DNA from: an uncultured candidate division Zixibacteria bacterium
GTDB lineage: Bacteria > Zixibacteria > MSB-5A5 > GN15 > FEB-12
Assembly (NCBI GenBank): GCA_963707365.1
Contig: CAVPPI010000001.1
Location: 121,326 to 185,325, forward strand
Length of the DNA stretch: 64,000 nucleotides
Direction: 5' to 3'
Part shown: positions 37,003 to 46,079 of the stretch, piece after piece
Position numbering within the stretch: the first letter of the stretch is position 1
Layout of the letters: each line of letters opens with the position of its first letter
Program-made: the position numbers and the translations under genes
The notes under the pieces: generated by a model
What the model was told of the DNA's origin: nothing
Seen by the model: the letters and a program-made list of their open reading frames with translations, nothing else
The model's database searches: none

Positions 37003-40000
37003 CTAATTTTTGTTCAAGTCGACGGCGCTTGTCAATTTCGCGCGGTTCACGATCAGAAACAAAATCGGGACGACAACCAGTGTCAGGACGGTCGATGAAA
37101 TCAATCCGCCGACCATCGGGGCCGCGATGCGCTGCATAACTTCCGAACCTGTGCCGTGCCCCAGCATTATCGGGAAAAGCGCCAGCAACGTTGTGCCCAC
37201 TGTCATGAGCTTGGGCCGGACTCTGTCAACCGCGCCCTCAATCGTCGCTTTCCGGAGATCCTCGTATGTATTCAACCGTCCCTCGGCCCGATACCGTTTC
37301 ACGGCTTCCTCAAGATAAACCAGCATTACGATACCAGTCTCCGCCGCCAGTCCGGCCAGAGCGATAAAGCCCACCCAGACAGCCACCGATGTATTAAAAC
37401 CTAAAAGGTAGATTAGCCAGACCCCGCCCACCAGCGCAAAGGGAAGAGAGAGCATGACTATCAGCGTATTGGCGAAACTCTTGAAATGCAGATACAACAG
37501 AATCAAGATTACGAACAAAGCCAGCGGAACGATTATCTTCAATTTCGAAGCTACCGATTGTATGTTTTCATACTGCCCCGACCATACCAGCGAGTAACCC
37601 TGCGGCAGACTAACTTCACGGGCAACCTCGGCGCGAGCCTTGTCGACATATGACCCGATGTCGGTGCCTTTTATATCCACAAAGATCCAGTTGGTCAACC
37701 TGGCATTCTCGGACTTAATCATCACCGCACCTTTGGAGAACTGCAGCTGTGCCACCTGACCCAGAGGAATGCTGCCGGTCTTTGTGGGTATCAACACCCT
37801 TGAAATCTCCTCGGGGTTGTCCCTGAGCGACCGGAGGTACCGGACATTGATGGGATACCTTTCGCGGCCTTCGATATTGTAAGCTACGTTCATGCCGCCG
37901 ATTGCCGAGGCTATTATCTGATTGATATCTTCAATATTGACTCCATAAGCAGCAGCCTTAAAACGATCGATATCTATGTCGAGATAATTTCCGCCGGTGA
38001 TACGCTCCGCATAAACAGAACGAGTTCCCGGCAAAGGCTTGACAACCGCTTCGATTCGTTGCGCGATGGCATTGAGACTGTCGAGATCAGGCCCCATCAC
38101 CTTAATCCCGACCGGCGTTTTGATGCCTGTTTCCAGCATATCGATTCGTGCCCGGATCGGCATTGTCCAGGCATTTGTCAGTCCCGGAAACTGGATGGCG
38201 GCATCAAGAGAGTCGATCAGCGTCTGCGGCGTCATGCCGGGCCGCCACTGGTCAAGAGGCTTCAGCATGATGGTTGTCTCGATCATACTCAGCGGCGCCG
38301 GATCCGTCGCTGTCTCGGCGCGACCGACTTTTCCGAAAACCCGCTCCACCTCCGGAAATGATGCTATGATGCGGTCGGTCTGCTGAAGTAGCTCCCGCGC
38401 TTTGGATATGGATATCCCCGGTAGGGTGGTCGGCATATACAGCATGTCGCCTTCGTAAAGAGCAGGCATGAATTCCGTGCCAAGATTCATCATCGGCAAT
38501 ATCGACACCACCAGTATCACCAGCGACGCGCCAATCACCCACCAGCGCTTCCGGATGGCGAAATTGATGGCCGGACGGTACAATCCTATAAAAAACCGCG
38601 ATAACCGGTTTTGTGACTCCGACCGTATTTTACCCTTTAAGAATATTGCCACCAGGGCTGGGATTATCGTGATGGAAATTAAAGCCGATGTTGCCATGGC
38701 GAACGTTTTGGTATATGCCAACGGCTTGAACAGCCGTCCCGATTGTCCCTCCAAGGGCCAGTATGGGCAGAAAAGAAACCGTGATAATCAAAAGCGAGAA
38801 GAACAGGGCCGGTCCGACTTCCTTCACGGCATCGAGAATTATCTCGTTGCGCGGTTTCGTGCCGCCGTAGCGCTCCAGATGTTTATGAGCGTTCTCCACC
38901 GTAACCAGCGACGCATCCACCATAACCCCGATAGCAATGGCAATTCCACCGAGCGACATGATATTGGCACTGATGCCGAGCCAATACATAAGCAGGATGG
39001 AAAGACCAACACCGGCAGGCAAGGCGAAAACGGCAATAAGAGTCGAGCGCACGTGAAGCAGAAACAAAAGCGTCACCAACACGACGATCAAAATTTCTTT
39101 AATCAGCGTGTCGGTGAGATTGCTCGTAGCCCGGTCTATCAAGGCCGACCTGTCATAGACCGGCACAATATCGACACCGATCGGCAAACCCTCCTTTAGT
39201 TCTTCCAGTCTCTCCTTAACGCGATCTATCACGTCGCGTGCGTTCTCGCCATAGCGTATCACCACAATGCCGCCGACGGTCTCGCCCTGGCCGTCAAGTT
39301 CGGCTATGCCACGACGAATATCCGGGCCATGGTGCACCTCGGCTACCGATGAAAGCAGCACCGGCGGACCATCCTCAGAAACGTGAATAGGGGTCTGACG
39401 TAGGTCCTCCAAATCACCAACGTACGCCTGACTCCTCACGACAAACTCGGTTTCGCCCAGCTCCAGCAGTCGACCACCGACAGCGGAACTCGACCGTTTA
39501 ACAGCATCCATGACGTGACCGAGCGGAATTCCGTAGTGCTCCAGTTTAGCCGGATCGACCTCAACCTGGTATTGCTTGACGAAACCGCCTACCGATGCTA
39601 CCTCGGATACACCGTCGAGCGAAGCCAGCTCGTACTTTAAGGTACCAGTCCTGAATCGACCGCAGTTGCGACAAATCATGACGATTGGTGGTATCCACGA
39701 GGGCATACTCATATACCCAGCCTATTCCGGTGGCATCGGGACCCAATTGCGGCGTCACACCGGCAGGAAGACGACCGCCCATCTGGGACAGGTACTCCAA
39801 AATCCGACTGCGCGCCCAGTAGATGTCGGTGCCGTCTTCGAAAATCACATACACGATACGACATCCCGAAATGGGAGAAGCCCCTTACATGCTTCGCTCC
39901 CGGCACCGACAGCATCGCGGTCGACATCGGATACGTCACTTGATCCTCCACCACCAGCGGCGGGCTGACCCGAATACTCCGTTTGAATTATGACCTGTGT

Positions 40001-40132
40001 ATCCGAAAGGTCCGGTATGGCATCTACTGTAATCTCCTTGCCGCCCACACTCCCAGTATCGAGGATAGCTACGGCCAACCAGAGAACCAGCCAGCGATGC
40101 TGAATCGATAACTCAATCAGTTTATTGATCAT
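37003..40132 (-). pseudogene. CusA/CzcA-family heavy-metal efflux RND permease; at least four frameshifts as assembled
   Basis: Fragments in order are 39845..40132 (MINKLIELSIQHRWLVLWLAVA...[21 protein letters not shown]), 39709..39954 ([32 protein letters not shown]), 39561..39854 ([21 protein letters not shown]...DWYLK), 38630..39712 ([12 protein letters not shown]...FLPILAL) and 37003..38754 (EGQSGRLFKPLAY...). Shifts lie near 39960, 39855, 39640 and 38750. Confidence 0.85.
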
Positions 40133-40475
40133 GGCTCTCTCCGGGCTGGTATTTGATAAGGTTCATTCCGCACACCGGACACACTCCCGAATCCGGCTGA
40201 GCCACGCCGCACTGCGGCATTGGACAGACGAAGTGTCGCCGATATCGGTCTCCGCCACCGGAACGAATGCCATTCCGCACTCCGGACAACTCGCCGGGAC
40301 CGTAGTTTAGAACACATGGTGATGTTGGCATGGGACAGGTATGAATATCATAGGGGTCGGCAGCACTCAGCGAGCCATGCTGATGTCCCATCGACTTTTC
40401 GGGAGTCATCTCTTTCATTGGCGTCTCCGACCCATGCTGATGCTCCGTTGGCTTTTCAGGAGTCATCTCCTTCAT
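40122..40475 (-). CDS. small His/Met-rich protein with two HMBD-type (CPM...CP.CGM) heavy-metal-binding modules; internal compensating frameshifts likely
   Basis: The start ATG overlaps the CusB stop (ATGA at 40472..40475). The product has MKEMTPEK..HQHGS twice, then YDIHTCPMP..., then HFVCPMPQCGVAQPDSGVCPVCGMNLIKY. Between about 40288 and 40232 an alternative frame reads CPECGMAFVPVAETDIGD, which completes the first module. Confidence 0.65.
   Translation of the reverse strand: MKEMTPEKPTEHQHGSETPMKEMTPEKSMGHQHGSLSAADPYDIHTCPMPTSPCVLNYGPGELSGVRNGIRSGGGDRYRRHFVCPMPQCGVAQPDSGVCPVCGMNLIKYQPGESHDQ
40365..40475 (-). repeat. tandem direct repeat (about 57 nt x 2) encoding MKEMTPEK(P/S)xxHQHGS
   Basis: ATGAAGGAGATGACTCCTGAAAAGCCAACGGAGCATCAGCATGGGTCG is followed by ATGAAAGAGATGACTCCCGAAAAGTCGATGGGACATCAGCATGGCTCG. 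A third GHQHGS is encoded just upstream, in the CusB tail (MGGHQHGSDAHQ). Confidence 0.7.
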
Positions 40476-41698
40476 TGATGTGCATCCGAGCCATGCTGAT
40501 GACCACCCATCGGGCCGATTGCCTCACTCAAACGGGACTCACTATCGAGAAGGAACTGTCCCGATGTTACTACCCTTTCTCCGTCGCCGATACCGCTCAG
40601 AATCTCAATCATATCGTTGCCGTCAACCGCTCCCGTTGTCACCGTTCGCGGCTCAAACGTGTCGTCGTTCGATGCTACATAGACAATTTGACGCGTTCCC
40701 GAATTGATAACCGCCGAACGAGGCACAAGCAACGCGGCATGCAGGGACCGATGCTGAAGTTCGACCTCGGCGTACATCTGCGGCTTCAAACTGAAGTCCG
40801 AATTCGTCATCTCCAGACGAATCTCAACCTGCCCCTTGGGATTCAAGGTCGGTGAGACGTAAACAACGCGCGAATCAAATGTCCGGCCCGGCAATCCCGG
40901 TGTCGTTACTTGCGCCTTTTGGTTGAGACTTACATACGGCAGATCCTGCTCGTAAACATATGCCCTCACCCACACAGTCGACAGATCCGCTATCTCGAAC
41001 AAGACTGTGCCGGGAGCCACTTCCGTACCTTCATTGACATTCTTCGTAATGACGAATCCGTCAGAGGGTGCCCGGATGAGCATCGTGCGCTTGACCTCTC
41101 GGCTCTCCCGGAGATCGCTCAGTTGGTCATTGGTGATATCCCAATTTCTCAAACGACTCTCAGATAACTCCAGAAGCCGTTTCAGGTTGTCTGTCGTTTC
41201 CGAACCCGCAAGAGCAGTTAAGTATTCCCGTTGGGCGGACACCAACTCCGGCGAATATATTTCAAGAAGAGGCTGCCCCTTGAACACCTTTTCGCCGGTT
41301 TCATTGACATACAGCTTTTCAATCCACCCGCCGACCTTGAGGTTAACATCAAAATGGCTGGGGTCAGCTATCGTCACATTTCCGAAGGCCCTTACTTTTT
41401 TAGAAAGCGCCCCGTACGCAACCGGCGTCGTGACCAACCCCATGTTCTGTCGGGTCGTGGGATCGATGCTTATCATGCCACTGCTTCCGGCACCGGTTTT
41501 CTTGAGTGTCAACGTCATGCCGCAGATAGGGCATGACCCCGGTTCCTTCGATATCACCTCCGGGTGCATCCCGCAGGTATACAGCACCGTCTCCGCATCA
41601 GAGACAGCTGCTTCAACCGGTCGATTACCGTTCGACCAAAAGTGGGCGACAGCAAATCCTATCACCAAACACATAATTGCGACTATTGTTATTTTCAT
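40472..41698 (-). CDS. CusB-like efflux RND periplasmic adaptor with N-terminal HMBD metal-binding module
   Basis: I prefer ATG 41698 (MKITIVAIMCLVIGFAVA) inside ORF 40472..41830. YTCGMHPEVISKEPGSCPICGMTL is present, with a membrane-fusion-protein core and a His-rich C-terminus. Confidence 0.85.
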   Translation of the reverse strand: MKITIVAIMCLVIGFAVAHFWSNGNRPVEAAVSDAETVLYTCGMHPEVISKEPGSCPICGMTLTLKKTGAGSSGMISIDPTTRQNMGLVTTPVAYGALSKKVRAFGNVTIADPSHFDVNLKVGGWIEKLYVNETGEKVFKGQPLLEIYSPELVSAQREYLTALAGSETTDNLKRLLELSESRLRNWDITNDQLSDLRESREVKRTMLIRAPSDGFVITKNVNEGTEVAPGTVLFEIADLSTVWVRAYVYEQDLPYVSLNQKAQVTTPGLPGRTFDSRVVYVSPTLNPKGQVEIRLEMTNSDFSLKPQMYAEVELQHRSLHAALLVPRSAVINSGTRQIVYVASNDDTFEPRTVTTGAVDGNDMIEILSGIGDGERVVTSGQFLLDSESRLSEAIGPMGGHQHGSDAHQ

Positions 41699-41702
41699 GG
41701 CA

Positions 41703-42960
41703 TTACCTTTCAAAATCATTTCCGTACAACTCCCGCAGCATCGCCCCGGTTTGATTGACCTGGCGAACAAGGTCAAGTCGCTCCAATTGAACATCGAGCA
41801 ACTGCATCTGCGCCGACAGGAGAGCATCAAAATCTATCTCGGCCACTTCATAGGCAATCTCGGCAGCTTCATAGCTGGCTTTCGCTTGTGGTAGAATGGC
41901 CCCGTCGTATTTATTCAGGCTCTCTGTGAGAACCTTGACATTCAGTCTGCTGTCCTCGGCCTCCTTTGTCAGCCAATCGTGCACCGAACGCTGCTGCTGC
42001 TGTGATGCCAGCAACATCTGCTCCGACGCCCTGACATGGTTCTTCTGCTTGCTTCCAAACCATAGCGGAAGACTAAACCCAACATGCAAGGACAACCAGT
42101 CCTCGCCGGGAGACATATCCCCGGGTATGGTCTTTCTTATCAGGTAATCAACCCCCAGGGTTACATCCGGCCAGTATTCGGACCGCGAGAGGCTGCGCTT
42201 TGCTTGCGCCTGATCAATGGCAAGATTCGCATCCAGCAAGTAAGGATTGGCCTTTATTGTCGCGGTACCGCCAAAATCGGCCGGCGGTTCCGGCAGGTAG
42301 GGGGAAAGGTCGACTGTTGTCGACGAATCTCCTACTGTTCGCCACAGTTCGAGCAGCGCCGACCGTTGCATCTGCCGGGCATTCAACAGCCGGATTTCCA
42401 GTCGTGAGCCGGTCGTCTGCGCTATGAGGACATCATGAGCAGTCGCCTTGCCGGTAGCATATCGCTCCTCGGTTACAGAAGTCGTCGCATCAATCAGCCC
42501 GATAGTCTCTTTGATTACACCTTCTGTCAGTTTCCAATAGGAATAATCAAAATAGGCGCCGGTAACCTCGCGTATCACTCGATTGCGAACAGCCTGTTGG
42601 GTGGCGTCGTCGCGCTGTTGCTCCAATCTCGCGTAGCGGGATCCGGCCCTGAGTCGACCCGGCCAGGGTATTGTCTGCGACAGACCGAGCGAAACACCCG
42701 ACATGGGCACCTCGTCCAGCGCCAGAGATGAGCGCGGAAGATTCATCAAACTTATCGAGAATTGAGGATCAGGAAGCGTTCCGGCGGCATTTGCTTCATA
42801 ACCGGAAGCCTTAGCCTTGAATCCTGATGACTTGATGTCCGGGTTGTTCTCTAAGGGCAATGGCTATCAGAGAATCCAGAGTTCTCTGATTGGCCTGAAT
42901 ATTGTTTGTCGTTGTTACGACTATCAGCAGCACCAGCGCCGCTATCCACGGTCTGGTCAT
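41703..42960 (-). pseudogene. TolC-family outer-membrane efflux protein; one frameshift near the 5' end as assembled
   Basis: ATG 42960 follows AAGGAG and gives MTRPWIAALVLLIVVTTTNNIQANQRTLDSLIAIA. A shift at the GGG run 42855..42857 then joins LENNPDIKSSGFKAKASGYEA... (ORF 41703..42860). Confidence 0.8.
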
Positions 42961-43054
42961 GGGATTTTTTCTCCTTCGTTAATGTTACCAATTCGCAAAA
43001 AACAAAAAGGCGCACCTTAGCCTCATTTCAATAAGGCAGTGCCGAAGAAGAGGT

Positions 43055-43459
43055 CTAAATTAGAAATGCACAGGAAAAAAGATACGCCGGCGGTGATTTG
43101 CCGGCATGATAGTTGAGCAAAGACTTAGCATAGCCGTGGGCGTCATCGACGATGTAGTCATCAAAAGTAGCAGCCTCGCAACCAATCGAAAGATCTCGAC
43201 CAAAGCGATTCTCACTCAAAGTCATCTCAACGTCGAGAGGAGGCTCGTTCGACTCCGACATTTGGCATTGGCAGTGGTCGCCGGAAGACTCATTATCGGA
43301 TGCCGGGGAGTCCACAGGACAACAACAGCAGGTGGATTCGCCGCAAAGGTCGCTGCTCGATGATGTCATCGACGCCTGTGCCGTGTCCATCTGAAGAATC
43401 GGGCTGAAAATGAGAACCAGCCCCGCCAGAACTGCTATGCTTGTCTTTAGTTTTGTCAT
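43055..43459 (-). CDS. small secreted Cys-rich protein leading the metal-efflux operon (resembles the HYC_CC_PP-type family, from memory)
   Basis: The in-frame ATG 43459 lies in ORF 43055..43693. N-terminal anchor MTKLKTSIAVLAGLVLIFSPIL. The Cys-rich stretch is DLCGESTCCCCPVDSPASDNESSGDHCQCQMSE. The C-terminus is ...KSPPAYLFSCAFLI. Confidence 0.6.
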   Translation of the reverse strand: MTKLKTSIAVLAGLVLIFSPILQMDTAQASMTSSSSDLCGESTCCCCPVDSPASDNESSGDHCQCQMSESNEPPLDVEMTLSENRFGRDLSIGCEAATFDDYIVDDAHGYAKSLLNYHAGKSPPAYLFSCAFLI

Positions 43460-43634
43460 AAGTTCACAAAAAGTATTACGTGCTTTATACAACAGACAGC
43501 GGCTACAATAGTGCCTTAGAATTGCCAAATTGTGCGCATTGTGCCCGCAAGTGCTTGCGCAGCAATGCAATCGTTTTATCTGTTTGGGAGGGGGCGAATG
43601 GCCGCTTAAATAGCCTGTCGGAATGGCCCGTGTT

Positions 43635-44135
43635 CTATGGTGATGATTTTGCGAAAAGCCAGTCCACGCCGTCGAGAATTTTGTCCTCGACAATCGGAGC
43701 CACCGCCATTGTTACGGTTCTGAAGTAAATATTGCGGATTAGGAAGAAAATAGCCACCGCCACGACAGGTTCAATCTTTCCCTCCAAAGCCTGGGCAACA
43801 GAACTGCTTCTCCGTGGCACAGTCTCAGTGACAATCGTAGTTTCTGATGGATAAGAAGCAAGCGGAGTCTCACCGGGAGAAGACAGAGAAATCGATACTC
43901 CGCTGCTGTCACTATCCACAGCGAGCGCTTCTTCGTAAACAGGAGCGTCAGGTTCGTTACGGTCACGGGGTTCTTCCGATGATGACCCGATATATCGATA
44001 AGGAGCCTGATAGTTCGTGGAGCATCCCTGCGGCAAAACCAGAGCACCAAGCAACAGCACCGCTGCCGATACCTGCCACCCGCATCGTCTCGACACGAAT
44101 CTCACACAACTCCCAATGTACTTGATCTTGCTCAA
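43635..44135 (-). CDS. hypothetical lipoprotein (Ser/Glu/Pro-rich)
   Basis: Candidate lipobox LVLPQGCS. The start is uncertain (TTG 44135 or an internal GTG near 44105). No recognisable family. Confidence 0.4.
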   Translation of the reverse strand: MSKIKYIGSCVRFVSRRCGWQVSAAVLLLGALVLPQGCSTNYQAPYRYIGSSSEEPRDRNEPDAPVYEEALAVDSDSSGVSISLSSPGETPLASYPSETTIVTETVPRRSSSVAQALEGKIEPVVAVAIFFLIRNIYFRTVTMAVAPIVEDKILDGVDWLFAKSSP

Positions 44136-44437
44136 TCTATAAACTTTCCGGCAGCCACGCTACCTCAGAACCTGAGCTTCACATCCTTACACGCTATCAG
44201 CAACGCCACTATTGGCCTTTATTCGGAGTACTCATCCGTGAGCCTGCTTGAAATCTTATAATGATGTGCGAGGAGCTATTGCAGAGATGACCCTCCGATG
44301 GCCACTATAAATAAAATAAGTTAATCAGGAGCGGGAAACAAGTCCCTGAGGAGAGATAATAGACGCCGGCGGCGATTTTGTCTGAATTCTGAACAGGCCA
44401 GCCGGTGACTTTATGATGAGTAAAACAGCGGCGTCAA

Positions 44438-44845
44438 TCAGCCCACCCGTGCGGTTTTCCTCTTCATCAGCAAGTAGCCGATAATCATCAGAACTGAAAC
44501 CGCCAGGCTCACCGAGCCGCCGCAATAAATGGGCGTTCCCGGCCCCTGAAAAAGACAGACTGCGAATACCGCCGCCACGCCCAACACAATCGGTACTAAG
44601 AGACCCAGCATGAAAGCCTTTATAAAATCGCGACCCTTCTTCTTGGCTATATATCCCGCCGCGACTCCCAGAAGACCCACTACTCCAAAGGCACCCACAT
44701 GCGCAAAGATATATCCGACCATCTGCCCGCGGAGGACGATCCAGCCCGCCACGCCGACCACAAACAAACAAAGTAAGACAACCAGTATCCTGATTTCCGT
44801 GAAACCACCGCTGCCCCGCCCGTCAACTTTTTTGTGACTTATCAC
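44438..44845 (-). CDS. small membrane protein (about 4 TM helices), unknown function
   Basis: GTG 44845 inside ORF 44438..44989 precedes the hydrophobic region ILVVLLCLFVVGVAGWIVL...; the start choice is tentative. Confidence 0.4.
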   Translation of the reverse strand: MISHKKVDGRGSGGFTEIRILVVLLCLFVVGVAGWIVLRGQMVGYIFAHVGAFGVVGLLGVAAGYIAKKKGRDFIKAFMLGLLVPIVLGVAAVFAVCLFQGPGTPIYCGGSVSLAVSVLMIIGYLLMKRKTARVG

Positions 44846-45016
44846 CCAACATCTCCTTTTGCTACCCGGTGTGCTGCCGATTCCAAAGCATATTCTTTCA
44901 TCTACGAGCATACATTTATACAGTTTCATTCCTATTACGTCCGGTCCGTCCACCACTCGTTCGAGCCTCGCCACGTTGGACTTGCCCATCGGTCTGTGAT
45001 ACTGTACCTTACATCA

Positions 45017-46024
45017 ATGACAGGCAAACAAAGTCCCCCGGTTTCATTGATAGTCCCTACATACAAACGCGAGGAAGTACTCGTTACTTGTCTCCAGTGC
45101 GCCCTGAAACAGACCTATCAGCCGCTGGAGATTCTGGTCATCGACCAGACCGAATCGCACTCAGAGGCAACAGCCGAATTTCTCAAAAACGCCGAAGACA
45201 AAGTACGCGTTGTCTTTCACTCGCCGCCCAGCGCGGTAACAGCGCGGAATCGCGCTCTTCAAGAGGCAAAAGGGGACATCCTGATTTTCATAGACGACGA
45301 CACCACGTTTGAACCGGCTTTCGTCGAAGCCCATGTTGAGGCTCACCGACGAGGGGCCGATGTTGTCCAGGGCCGTGTGATGGAACCGGGAAGAAGTCCG
45401 TCGTACCGTGCCCAATGGGTACTTCCGTGGCTACGCGTGGTGGGCAGTAACACCTACGACCAAACCAGCAAGACCAACACCGTTACCGGCTGCAATTTCT
45501 CTATATCGCGAAAGGCTTTTGAGCGCGTTGGAGAGTTCGATACCAACTTCACCGGCACTCTTATAAACGAAGATGCCGACTACGGCGCGAGGTGCCACAA
45601 AGCCGGTCTGAAGATGATATTCGATGCCGATGCGTCTCTCTTGCACCATCGCGATGCCAGCGGCGGCGTAGATGCCAATATGAAGGCGGCACTGCGGATT
45701 TTCGAGATTTCGGTTCTTCGCAACGAGCTTTATTTCGCCCGCAAGCATTTCCCGGCGCCGGTTGTCTGGATATATAAGTGGCGAATGGCCCGTCAGATTG
45801 AAGCGTATCAAGCGCAAGAGCGGTCTGGAGCCGCCGGTTCCGGCCGGACAACTGATTCGCCAGGCCGATCGCGCTGCGAAAGGACTGCTCCGAGCCGCAA
45901 GAACGTGATAATCCGGCCGCACGCCCGCCTCACCCGGCCATTCCGTAAAGATATAGATGAATTTAAGCTGATTTCAGGACATCTTGATTTCCGTGCGGCT
46001 TTGGTTTATACTGTGTTTTCATAA
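45017..46024 (+). CDS. family-2 glycosyltransferase; 3' end uncertain (probable frameshift, true stop likely 45906..45908)
   Basis: The in-frame ATG 45017 gives MTGKQSPPVSLIVPTYKREEVLVTCLQCALKQTY...ILIFIDDDT (GT2 DxD). After about 45780 the called frame becomes Arg/Ser/Pro-rich. The +1 frame reads ...RLKRIKRKSGLEPPVPAGQLIRQADRAAKGLLRAART and stops at 45908. Confidence 0.75.
   Translation: MTGKQSPPVSLIVPTYKREEVLVTCLQCALKQTYQPLEILVIDQTESHSEATAEFLKNAEDKVRVVFHSPPSAVTARNRALQEAKGDILIFIDDDTTFEPAFVEAHVEAHRRGADVVQGRVMEPGRSPSYRAQWVLPWLRVVGSNTYDQTSKTNTVTGCNFSISRKAFERVGEFDTNFTGTLINEDADYGARCHKAGLKMIFDADASLLHHRDASGGVDANMKAALRIFEISVLRNELYFARKHFPAPVVWIYKWRMARQIEAYQAQERSGAAGSGRTTDSPGRSRCERTAPSRKNVIIRPHARLTRPFRKDIDEFKLISGHLDFRAALVYTVFS
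45984..46012 (+). promoter_or_regulatory. sigma-70-type promoter candidate for the second M16 peptidase pair
   Basis: TTGATT (45984..45989), a 17-nt spacer, then TATACT (46007..46012). It lies about 70 nt upstream of ATG 46080. Confidence 0.55.
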
Positions 46025-46079
46025 AATCACGAGAGAGTGTTAGCAGCAAACTAAATACAAAACCACCCAGGAGCGGTTC

